From the IMG/VR virus record IMGVR_UViG_3300029705_004726: a DNA stretch of 64,000 nt. One strand, given 5' to 3'. Made by a program: the position numbers and the translations under genes. This DNA comes from an uncultured virus (IMG/VR IMGVR_UViG_3300029705_004726). Taxonomy: Duplodnaviria; Heunggongvirae; Uroviricota; Caudoviricetes. Positions 20,712 through 28,871 of the stretch are shown piece after piece. The notes below the pieces were generated by a model. That model saw nothing but the letters and a program-made list of their open reading frames with translations. It was not told the origin of the DNA and did no database searches. Position 1 is the first letter of the stretch. Each line of letters opens with the position of its first letter.

Positions 20712-20738
20712 TTAGCACTCCTATTGACAGAGTGCTAA
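20712..20738 (+). promoter_or_regulatory. CIRCE operator (HrcA box) overlapping the hsp20 promoter
   Basis: Perfect TTAGCACTC-N9-GAGTGCTAA; TTGACA lies inside the spacer, 17 bp before TG-extended TAATAT. Confidence 0.95.
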
Positions 20739-20847
20739 TTTTGTGGTAATATATAATAAAAGATGTGGATTAAACAGGGCATCTGATAAAATAAATTTAT
20801 TAAGGAAGGAGACATCCATTAGATTATTCTAACCCTGAAAAGAAACT

Positions 20848-21231
20848 ATGTTAAACGGATTATTAACTGATTTAGAAAGAGAATTTAATTCTGTAGGCAG
20901 ATTCATTACTGAAAACCCTGTTGACTTGAAAGAATATGAGGATAGGTATGTTATTGTATTAAATGCTGCTGGTTTTACCAAGGAGGACGTTGAGGTTAAG
21001 TATAATGATGGCGTTCTTGTTCTTGAAGGTAGCATGAGTAAAGAAGAAAATGATGAGGATGCTGGAAAATATCTTATCAGAGAAAGAAAAGTTGTTTCTA
21101 GATTTTCTAGAAAATTTAGTATTTCTAATGTTAAGGAAGATGAGATTTCTGCAAAGATGGAGAATAGTGTGTTAACTGTAACTCTTCCAAAAGTAGAAAA
21201 GAAAGAAGCAAAGAAAATTGCGATAGAATAA
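20848..21231 (+). CDS. Hsp20/alpha-crystallin small heat shock protein
   Basis: PVDLKE, GFTKEDV, RER...FSRKF, AKMENSVLTVTLPK. Confidence 0.92.
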   Translation: MLNGLLTDLEREFNSVGRFITENPVDLKEYEDRYVIVLNAAGFTKEDVEVKYNDGVLVLEGSMSKEENDEDAGKYLIRERKVVSRFSRKFSISNVKEDEISAKMENSVLTVTLPKVEKKEAKKIAIE

Positions 21232-21330
21232 AAACTATAGCCTCGGCACAATGTGCTGGGGCTATTATTTTTTTACTATATTATGAAAAAGGGGGAGATG
21301 GTTAATCTCCCCAAAAAACAACCTGAGTTG

Positions 21331-23073
21331 TTATTTTTTATTGATTTCGCTCTTAACATCGTAGTTCTGTGCAAAGTTTTTTTCACCCTTGACATTTACG
21401 TTTTTAGATGCCTTTGCAGCATCCTTAGCGTCCCAGAACTTGTTCATAGCATCGGCAAACAGCAATTCCTTGCCAGTCCAGCCGTACAGGATGTTGGTTC
21501 TGTAACCATACTCAGGAACAAGAACGTTGTTGTAACCAGCCGTCTGTACACAGAATACGTTAACCTTCGGATTAACAGTTCTTCTGTATTCAGCAATCAG
21601 CTTTGCAACATCAACGTAGTCGCCGTTGGCGCTAAAGCCTCTTTCACGGTATTCCTTCTTGCCCTCATATGTGCCATAAAGTCCGCCATGACCAGCCTGC
21701 ATATCGGAATATACAAAGATGTTGTCATAGTGAATCTTCTTGTCAATGGCATCTCTAAAGAACAACCAGATACCGTTTTCAGTTCCACCACCGACTTCTC
21801 TTTTACTCTTCTTGCTGATTTCCTCAGCCTGAGTGAGAATGCCCTGTCTCTTAGAAATCTTGTACTCGATAAGTCTATCACCGAATGCAAACACAGTGCC
21901 GACATCGGAATTAACTGCGCCAATGGTGGCACTTAAGTTGCCGATTTCTGCTACGGTGACTGAACCGTACTCGGAGTTAAAGCTACCCCATGCAGAGCCA
22001 GAGTTATCGGAAAGGAATGCATTATTACCTGCAAGTTTCGGCATGTTTTCACAAGCGATGTCGAGGCAATCGTTGAGTGCGTCGTCGATATCCATGACGC
22101 TCTTTGCAAGAGTATCATTTTTCTTCGCTTCTGCACGAACGGCATTTCTTGCAGACATGTATCTGAACGGGAACTGCTTACCCTTCTTTACACCGCCCTT
22201 GAGTGCATCCAGCATCTTCGTAAGAACTGCTCTGCTCTCGATTTCGCTGAAAATACCTCTAAGGTTACGAAGTAAAGCCATGTGATTCATGTTGATTGTT
22301 TCGAGAATTTCTTCCCAAGACTTACCGCAGGCGCGGAGAGTTTCCCAGGTAGTATTGTTCTCTTCAATATCGATGGTGCCTGTTCTCATCAACTCATTGA
22401 TGTCACCATTATTCGCATGGCAGATGCGAATGGTATCAATAAGGCCGATGCCATGGTTACGATACTTGTACAGCTCATAACGGGTTAAAGAAGCAACTTT
22501 CTTTGCCCAAGAACGCTTTAACACGCCAGGGATTGCTTTCTTATCGCCAGTGTTGAACAGGTAGTATGTAACCTGTGCGATAACGTCGTCAGCACGAGAC
22601 ATAACAGCCATGTTGATTTCCGCAAATTTGCCAGGATTTGCATCCGTATAAGCAGTTCTTGCGTCAGTCATCATTGCCGCTCTCACCATGATAACCTGCG
22701 GGTTAAGTCTCATGAGATACTCGGTTCTCAGCGTCTTTGCCCACAAAAGAGTTGCCTCATAGTTGTACTTTAAGGCGTCATCGATAACCTTCTCCATTAA
22801 CTCGGAGGTCTTCATGCCCTTATACTTATCAAGAGCGTCGATGGAATAATCCGCAAATAAGCGGTCAACCTTGTATAAACCGTCAGTGGCAGTTTTCTCT
22901 GCAAAAGCACCGTTACGGTAATACTGTGGCTCTCCGAAGATGGAAGAAGCAGTTACCATCTTAAGTGTGTCAAGCGGGTTAATTTCATAGGAGGTTCCTC
23001 CCATAAAGTTAACAACACCCTTGTTGTCCTTCATTGCCTTCTGTTCTTTAACAGCGGTAGTCATTTTACTCAT
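21331..23073 (-). CDS. rsr: Ro60/TROVE domain RNA-binding protein with C-terminal vWA (Rsr-like)
   Basis: NFMGG.SY, SIFGEPQYY, R.EY.MR, ALLRNLR, QFPFRY, vWA D.SGS, SDMQ motifs. Confidence 0.9.
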   Translation of the reverse strand: MSKMTTAVKEQKAMKDNKGVVNFMGGTSYEINPLDTLKMVTASSIFGEPQYYRNGAFAEKTATDGLYKVDRLFADYSIDALDKYKGMKTSELMEKVIDDALKYNYEATLLWAKTLRTEYLMRLNPQVIMVRAAMMTDARTAYTDANPGKFAEINMAVMSRADDVIAQVTYYLFNTGDKKAIPGVLKRSWAKKVASLTRYELYKYRNHGIGLIDTIRICHANNGDINELMRTGTIDIEENNTTWETLRACGKSWEEILETINMNHMALLRNLRGIFSEIESRAVLTKMLDALKGGVKKGKQFPFRYMSARNAVRAEAKKNDTLAKSVMDIDDALNDCLDIACENMPKLAGNNAFLSDNSGSAWGSFNSEYGSVTVAEIGNLSATIGAVNSDVGTVFAFGDRLIEYKISKRQGILTQAEEISKKSKREVGGGTENGIWLFFRDAIDKKIHYDNIFVYSDMQAGHGGLYGTYEGKKEYRERGFSANGDYVDVAKLIAEYRRTVNPKVNVFCVQTAGYNNVLVPEYGYRTNILYGWTGKELLFADAMNKFWDAKDAAKASKNVNVKGEKNFAQNYDVKSEINKK

Positions 23074-23206
23074 TGTACATCTCTCCTTTTCAAATAAGAT
23101 TGTGATTTTTGGTTTCCTTTGTATTGTTTTTGCAACTTACACAAAAACTTTAACATTTATATTATACCTCATGTTTCATTAAAAATAAAAATATATTTTA
23201 CAAAAT

Positions 23207-23255
23207 AAAAAAGCTGTTTTGTTATACGTTATAAATTAGTACTACAAAACAGCTT
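23207..23255 (-). terminator. Intrinsic terminator ending the tandem ncRNA transcript upstream of rsr
   Basis: AAGCTGTTTTGT/ACAAAACAGCTT 12-bp stem with T-tract on the minus strand. Confidence 0.7.
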
Positions 23256-23292
23256 ATGCGATGGAAAATATCTTCGGAGGGGAAGACATAAA

Positions 23293-23469
23293 AACCGTGA
23301 ATAATAATTGTGATATGATTGAAAAGTTTTCCGAGGAGAAAACATAAAAATTCCATTCATGATAAACACAAATAGTTGTTGTGCTCTGTTTAAAAGCACC
23401 TTTGTAATTTACAAATTTACATTATATAATACCTGTTATGTATGATGTAATCACAATTCTGCTACGGTT
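23293..23469 (-). ncRNA. Y-RNA-like family copy C (177 nt)
   Basis: AACCGT-AGCAGA-ATTGTGAT-TACATC...ATCACAAT-TATTATTC-ACGGTT. Confidence 0.75.
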
Positions 23470-23487
23470 AATTTATTTAATTTCAAT

Positions 23488-23605
23488 AAGCTGCGAATAT
23501 CTGTAATTATATTATTTTGACTGATATTCCTAAGAATAATCAGCACTGTAGTAAAAAATGTTTTAGAATTTTTCTTGAGATGTAATAATTACTCTGCTAC
23601 AACTT
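23488..23605 (-). ncRNA. Y-RNA-like family copy B (118 nt)
   Basis: AAGTTGT-AGCAGA-GTAATTAT-TACATC...ATAATTAC-AGATATTC-GCAGCTT. Confidence 0.75.
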
Positions 23606-23620
23606 TATTTTTTGTTTTTA

Positions 23621-23708
23621 AAACTGTGAATAATAGAAATGGTATTAATTATTTGTTTTGCGACAAATTCCTACCAACTAAGATGAAACCATTTCACTGC
23701 TACAGTTT
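23621..23708 (-). ncRNA. Y-RNA-like family copy A (88 nt)
   Basis: AAACTGT-AGCAGT-GAAATGGT-TTCATC...ACCATTTC-TATTATTC-ACAGTTT. Confidence 0.75.
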
Positions 23709-23716
23709 GTGTTATT

Positions 23717-23745
23717 ATAATATCACAAATAACGATATATGTCAA
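23717..23745 (-). promoter_or_regulatory. sigmaA-type promoter for ncRNA copies A-C
   Basis: TTGACA-17 bp-(TG)TATTAT. Confidence 0.8.
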
Positions 23746-24311
23746 TCCTGATTTTGATTATTTTGATATTTTTTTGTAATACTCTTATATAGCTTTTTTG
23801 TAAAAAGCGGGTTTAGTGCTTTGTTACCATACTTAGAGTAGTTTTTTAAAACTGTTTTTACAAATAATTGACTTTGGTTATGCATTAATGTTGTTTTTGT
23901 GAGTTTTTCAATCCAATAATCATAAGGCATATTTGGTTTAAAATTCTCTCCATTATAGGTTTTACTTGCCGCAATAATGTCAATGCACATTTCTACAATA
24001 TATTTGTATTCAATTTTTATAGGTTCTCCTCCCGCATATAGCTTATCAACCCACCACTCTGCATGATGCTTATTTCTGCCTTTGTGATGTTGCCAAGCAA
24101 TGGAATATCCTTTGTCTTCTTTACAAGCCATAATCGGACTTCTATTACCTTGAAAATATTTTGCGGATTCAATAAATTCCGATGGGCTAAATTTACTTAG
24201 GTCATGAATTAAACCTTGAAAAGGAATACCCGCAATAATACTTAATTTAAAAACTTCTTTTTTATGTAAGACTATCGTTTTTGCATGTTTTATACAATTA
24301 AGAACAAACAT
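23742..24311 (-). CDS. HD-superfamily protein (DUF5662-like)
   Basis: HK..V, HDLSKFSPSEF, AWQHHKGRNKHH.EWW, EM..D motifs. Confidence 0.8.
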   Translation of the reverse strand: MFVLNCIKHAKTIVLHKKEVFKLSIIAGIPFQGLIHDLSKFSPSEFIESAKYFQGNRSPIMACKEDKGYSIAWQHHKGRNKHHAEWWVDKLYAGGEPIKIEYKYIVEMCIDIIAASKTYNGENFKPNMPYDYWIEKLTKTTLMHNQSQLFVKTVLKNYSKYGNKALNPLFTKKLYKSITKKYQNNQNQD

Positions 24312-24323
24312 AAGTACCTCCTA

Positions 24324-24761
24324 TTATTTTGCGTAGAAGCATGTAAAAGGCTGAAAATAAACAATACCATAGAAAGGGTTTTTAATACCATTTTCTATAT
24401 CAGCGAACGATGTTTCAATTGCCCTCATAACAAATCCTTTACGATAAGAGCCATCATAACCGCCGTATTCGATTTTTTGTGCGTTCAAATGCTTTTGTAT
24501 AATCATTGATATAATATCTAAATCAAAGTCAAAAGGAAATTCAAGCCATCCATCTTTTATTTCTCCAAAAACATGGCCAATGCAATATTTACCGTCTGGC
24601 GTAATTTGATAAACACATCGGGCGGGACTTTCATTTCGTGTAAAACGTTCAATATCATCAGATGCTTTTAATGCAAATTCTAATGCGTTTTTCAGTTCAT
24701 TTTCATGTTCAATACAGCCACTAACTTCTAATAACTGATTACTTGAAAACATTTTTATCAC
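24324..24761 (-). CDS. Hypothetical protein
   Basis: ORF with RBS; DGS..KGF...P...FYAK C-terminus. Confidence 0.7.
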   Translation of the reverse strand: MIKMFSSNQLLEVSGCIEHENELKNALEFALKASDDIERFTRNESPARCVYQITPDGKYCIGHVFGEIKDGWLEFPFDFDLDIISMIIQKHLNAQKIEYGGYDGSYRKGFVMRAIETSFADIENGIKNPFYGIVYFQPFTCFYAK

Positions 24762-24877
24762 TCCTTCTTAATTACGGTCTTTTATTATATATAAAGTATA
24801 CCTCAAAATATGGTATATGTCAATATTGTTTTTATAAATAAAATTGCCCCCGCTCATATTGAACGAGGGCATAGATG

Positions 24878-25402
24878 CTATTCGGTAACGATTTTAATAT
24901 AACCGCTTTCGATTAAAGAAGCAAGGTCCGAAATGTAATAGTGTTCATAAGGCGAAGCCTCATCATCTTCCTTTTCAGGAACAAGGGTAAGCTTATAATT
25001 ATTTTTCACCTTATAATTACGGACATTTTCGTCAATCTTACAAACAACATCTTTTGTTTTGTCTCTTGAAACAAAGAAAAATCCGCATCTGGTCGGCATT
25101 GGTACTTCAAATCTTACATTCACAACACCGTCGGATAAGATAGCGTGAACAAGGTCGTCACTGAAAATCCTTTCCTTGTTATCGATACGTTCCTGTAATT
25201 CCTTCATGGAGGTACGAACCCAATCATTCAGATAGATTCGGTTCTTATTCCAAGTAAAGAACTTGCCACATTCGTCTTCTCGGATTGTTCTTTCATAGGT
25301 TTTTCTTTTTTCTCTGTCTTCGACAGATACCGCTGTATGAAAATCATCGTTCCATACAAAAACACGAATTTTTTCCTTACCACACATGTAATAATAATAC
25401 AT
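24878..25402 (-). CDS. Hypothetical protein
   Basis: AGGAGG RBS. Confidence 0.7.
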   Translation of the reverse strand: MYYYYMCGKEKIRVFVWNDDFHTAVSVEDREKRKTYERTIREDECGKFFTWNKNRIYLNDWVRTSMKELQERIDNKERIFSDDLVHAILSDGVVNVRFEVPMPTRCGFFFVSRDKTKDVVCKIDENVRNYKVKNNYKLTLVPEKEDDEASPYEHYYISDLASLIESGYIKIVTE

Positions 25403-25419
25403 AACTTATCCTCCTTTAG

Positions 25420-25992
25420 TTAATTGGTTTTTGGTATCCACTCTGTCTTTGTGTACGTTACAGGATATTCCCTTTTTTCAACCTCGTATGGTTGATTTGG
25501 AAACTCATTGCACTGTAATTCTGTAAGCCCCTGTTGCCAGTCAATGCAATAGTACTTATCTTCTAATAGAATAACGGAACGCACATTTCTATGCCATCTG
25601 TTTAATTCATTGGAATATTCAGTACTAATTGCATCATCTACTAATCTACTAATTTCTTCTGTAGAAAGGGGTTCTCTTTTTAAGAGCTTTTCAGAAATTA
25701 TAGAGTAAAAATTGTTTTCATAAAACGCTTTCGCCTCTAACTCTTTTTCTTTTTTTTGTTTCTCAAGCTCTTCTTTTTGACGTCGTTCTTCTTGTTGTTT
25801 CAACGTCTTTTCCTTAAGGCCAGGAAGCTGACTGATTTGGTAAATGGTTAGATTCGTCCAATTATGTTTTGCTTCTTGCAATAGCCTTACCGTGCGATTA
25901 ACGCTAGCTGCCTCATCAAAGAATTTCTGCATGTCTTCACGGGTGTATCCTGTTTCGTTAAGATATGCTTTAATTTCCTTTTGTGTAGCCAT
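25420..25992 (-). CDS. Hypothetical protein
   Basis: C-terminal W..GLTE.Q..EF..QPYEV motif. Confidence 0.7.
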   Translation of the reverse strand: MATQKEIKAYLNETGYTREDMQKFFDEAASVNRTVRLLQEAKHNWTNLTIYQISQLPGLKEKTLKQQEERRQKEELEKQKKEKELEAKAFYENNFYSIISEKLLKREPLSTEEISRLVDDAISTEYSNELNRWHRNVRSVILLEDKYYCIDWQQGLTELQCNEFPNQPYEVEKREYPVTYTKTEWIPKTN

Positions 25993-26176
25993 GTAACACT
26001 TCCTTCTAAAAAATGTTATAAATATAACTTCTAAGATTGATTATACCACAAAAAACATAAATTGATATTAAATATTTAACACAGTCTTTATATTTGTAAT
26101 ATATCTATTTAAATAAATATGATATAATTAATGTATAAGTTTGTTACATAAGACTAAAATAGAAAGGAGTGGTACT

Positions 26177-26422
26177 ATGGATACTGGTATGATTATCGGA
26201 ATTTCTCTTTGTATTTTAATGGTATTGTTTTTTACGTTTCTTTTTGTGTATTCATTTCTTCACGAAAGAAAAATGTATAACAATGGCAATTGTACATCAT
26301 GTGGAAAGAGAATGGAGCATTTTTCTACCGATTCTCAGGGGTGCAGAGGATATTGTTGTTCTAAGTGTAGGCACTATGTCTGGATAAGCTGGAAAACAGT
26401 TGATAAGAACTTTTATGAGTAA
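26177..26422 (+). CDS. Small membrane-anchored zinc-ribbon protein (paralog 1)
   Basis: TM plus ERK.YN.G.CT.CGK...RGYCC..C. Confidence 0.72.
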   Translation: MDTGMIIGISLCILMVLFFTFLFVYSFLHERKMYNNGNCTSCGKRMEHFSTDSQGCRGYCCSKCRHYVWISWKTVDKNFYE

Positions 26423-26517
26423 GAGGATGGGCGTTTAGTAAAAATCACACTAAACGCCTATTGCTTTTTTATGATTTTTATGACATAATATACACATAAT
26501 ATTGAAAGGAGAATATT

Positions 26518-26778
26518 ATGAGTAGTGATGTAATTTTTGGTTCTTGGCTTATTTTGATGGCATTGTTAGTTATGTTTATCATTACACTTCGCAAAATTTC
26601 TTTTGAAAGAAAACAATATAATAAAGGAATATGTACTAAGTGTGGAAAAAAATTAGAATTTTATATGTATAATAGAAAAACATGGGAAAGAGGTTATTGT
26701 TGCAGAAATTGTAATAGAATTATATGGGTTGGATTTAAGATAGTTGATAAGAATTTGATTGATAAATTTCTTGAATAG
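26518..26778 (+). CDS. Small membrane-anchored zinc-ribbon protein (paralog 2)
   Basis: Same motif as 26177..26422. Confidence 0.72.
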   Translation: MSSDVIFGSWLILMALLVMFIITLRKISFERKQYNKGICTKCGKKLEFYMYNRKTWERGYCCRNCNRIIWVGFKIVDKNLIDKFLE

Positions 26779-26824
26779 TAGCAAAAATTATTGTCATCGT
26801 AATGTGATGGCATTTTTTATAATT

Positions 26825-26962
26825 AAAAAAAGCCCCGTAAAAACGAGGCTTCAATACGAAGGAGGATACCACGAATAATCGAGTACCAAAAATCACTCAC
26901 AAAAAGGAGTATCGGCAGGACGAAGGAAAAACTCTTACGAGCGGAAGATTTCCTACCGACAA
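26825..26962 (-). ncRNA. Candidate sRNA with anti-Shine-Dalgarno motifs
   Basis: Own promoter TTGATT-17-(TG)TATTAT; stem TGTCGGTAGGA/TCCTGCCGATA; CTCCT motifs; terminator AAGCCTCGT/ACGGGGCTT-T7. Confidence 0.6.
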
Positions 26963-27028
26963 TTTAATAATATCATATTAATTTTTAATAATCAACTTTT
27001 TTAGCAATTTTTTTAAAAAAAATGTAAA

Positions 27029-27433
27029 TTATTTTTTCACATATTTTTTTAATAGCTCTATTGAGTTTAATAATTCTTTTCGATTTTGGTTAATATCTTC
27101 ATCTTCATCATTAGTCATAAAATATTGCCAGTTATCAATATCAGATTCGATATCATTTATAAGTTCTATTTCTAAATTAGTGATATCATCTATAGGATAA
27201 GTATGTACAATAGGTTCTTCTGCCCGTTCTTCAATGATATAAATTACATCAGGCTTTAATATAAATGTAAATTCACTTCCCTCCTCGTCAAACCATGCTA
27301 TCCCTGCTCCGTCCGTATGATAGTTTATAAATGCATTCAATAAATCTAAAGGAGCATTAGTTAGATAACTTGGTTTTCCCGCAAAATCATTAAATGTAAA
27401 CTTTGACCATCCACATCCTTGATTTTTAAGCAT
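27029..27433 (-). CDS. Hypothetical protein
   Basis: GWS...SYLT...FDEEG.EF motif; RBS. Confidence 0.7.
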   Translation of the reverse strand: MLKNQGCGWSKFTFNDFAGKPSYLTNAPLDLLNAFINYHTDGAGIAWFDEEGSEFTFILKPDVIYIIEERAEEPIVHTYPIDDITNLEIELINDIESDIDNWQYFMTNDEDEDINQNRKELLNSIELLKKYVKK

Positions 27434-27435
27434 AA

Positions 27436-27642
27436 TTAAACAACCTCCTCGTCAAGGCTAACCACATTTTCTATTGGTTTTTGCTCTATAGTATCTCTAA
27501 TTATTTTTGCCCCTAATTTATCACCTTTTTCTTCATATCCATCAGCAATAAAATTAGCGTATAATAAAAATTTTTCGTTGTCGTTTTTCATGTGGGCGTC
27601 TATTAATTTTGATATTACAACTGCCCCTATACTTCTTGCCAT
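27436..27642 (-). CDS. Hypothetical protein
   Basis: ORF in operon. Confidence 0.65.
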   Translation of the reverse strand: MARSIGAVVISKLIDAHMKNDNEKFLLYANFIADGYEEKGDKLGAKIIRDTIEQKPIENVVSLDEEVV

Positions 27643-27653
27643 ATTATTCCTTT

Positions 27654-28046
27654 CTAGAATCCTATATCCTGAATTCTTTTGACTATTTCTTTAAGCTGTG
27701 TTTCATTTGCTGTAAAAATTTCATTAAATCTTTGTGGTCCGACGTGGTTTAATAGATAGTTTGTTAAGCTACAGATTTCATCTATATTTAAGAAAGAATT
27801 ATATCTTTCAAATGATATGAGAACATAATTATCTACATCTTCTGGCATTACTTTTCTAATTTTTTCGATGTATTCTTGATAATATTCTTTCATATTACTT
27901 CTATCTGTGTCGCCGTATGAAATAACAGAACCACTTTCTTTATCAACAATAATAGACATATTATCAATCATAGTTCCTTCCATATTTCTGTTGATGATGC
28001 TACCATAATAAACTGTTAAATATCCTTTTTCATGCATAATAAACAC
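27654..28046 (-). CDS. Hypothetical protein
   Basis: ORF in operon. Confidence 0.65.
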   Translation of the reverse strand: MFIMHEKGYLTVYYGSIINRNMEGTMIDNMSIIVDKESGSVISYGDTDRSNMKEYYQEYIEKIRKVMPEDVDNYVLISFERYNSFLNIDEICSLTNYLLNHVGPQRFNEIFTANETQLKEIVKRIQDIGF

Positions 28047-28049
28047 CTC

Positions 28050-28331
28050 TTATTTTTTACTTGTTATTACCTTTGAATTTCCACTTGCTTTATTTAGATA
28101 ATTGGCAGTAATTTCACAACAAAATTCTTTGTCTTTTTCAGGAAAATGATTAATTCCCCAATATACGAAAATTGAATTTCTTTTAACATCCACTATTACA
28201 TCATTTACATATATTTTGACGAATGGTTTTAAAAACCATGGAAATTTTTCTTTTATTAATCTTGCCGCTCCTAATTGAGAAATTCTATATTTCCAGTATA
28301 AAATATTATTCTTGTCTAATTCTTTTTCCAT
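28050..28331 (-). CDS. Hypothetical protein
   Basis: AGGAG RBS and promoter. Confidence 0.65.
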   Translation of the reverse strand: MEKELDKNNILYWKYRISQLGAARLIKEKFPWFLKPFVKIYVNDVIVDVKRNSIFVYWGINHFPEKDKEFCCEITANYLNKASGNSKVITSKK

Positions 28332-28433
28332 AATATCGCTCCTTTATTTAATGATAAATAATATTATATCACATTTTATGGTTTTTTGCAATGTATAATA
28401 CTAAAAACACCGCCCTAAAAGAGCGGTGTTTTG

Positions 28434-28871
28434 TTATATAATAACTGATGATTCTTTTTCAATAACAAAAGTCCTATTGGGTGCTTCGCTTAATTCCAAC
28501 TTCAAAATTTCCCAGTTTTGATTATTCATTTTGTCTTCAAAAACTGTTTTGAAATATGTTGCCATATTTTCTGTTGTTGGGTTTAAATCATTAAAAGGAA
28601 TTATCTCATTTATATATTTATTCTGGTATTGACTTAACACTTTATTTATAATTGCTTCAATATCAGAAAACTTTATAAATTCACCCGTAGTGTTTCTAAG
28701 CTCAATTAAAAACTCCCAAGTATGAGGATGAGATTCTCCTTTTTTACCATTGATTAGCACAGAATGGTTTGCGTCGAGATAAAATTTATATCTATATGTT
28801 CTATTAAATTTATTTTTATTAAATGTGTCATCATTTATTACTATTCTTCCAAGGTTCAATATATTCTTCAT
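28434..28871 (-). CDS. 6-pyruvoyl-tetrahydropterin synthase/QueD-like protein, exosortase G-associated
   Basis: FYLDANHS...HPHTWE...NPTTEN...ELSE.P. Confidence 0.85.
   Translation of the reverse strand: MKNILNLGRIVINDDTFNKNKFNRTYRYKFYLDANHSVLINGKKGESHPHTWEFLIELRNTTGEFIKFSDIEAIINKVLSQYQNKYINEIIPFNDLNPTTENMATYFKTVFEDKMNNQNWEILKLELSEAPNRTFVIEKESSVII

Noticed and set aside
21253..22488. Several long ORFs overlapping rsr
   Set aside because: Antisense or alternate-frame shadows caused by the higher GC of rsr; no RBS or recognisable motifs.
23521..23545. Leu(TAG) anticodon loop CTTAGGA in Y-like copy B
   Set aside because: The best pairing (TATTC/GAATA) gives a 4-nt loop, so it was not counted as an anticodon mimic.
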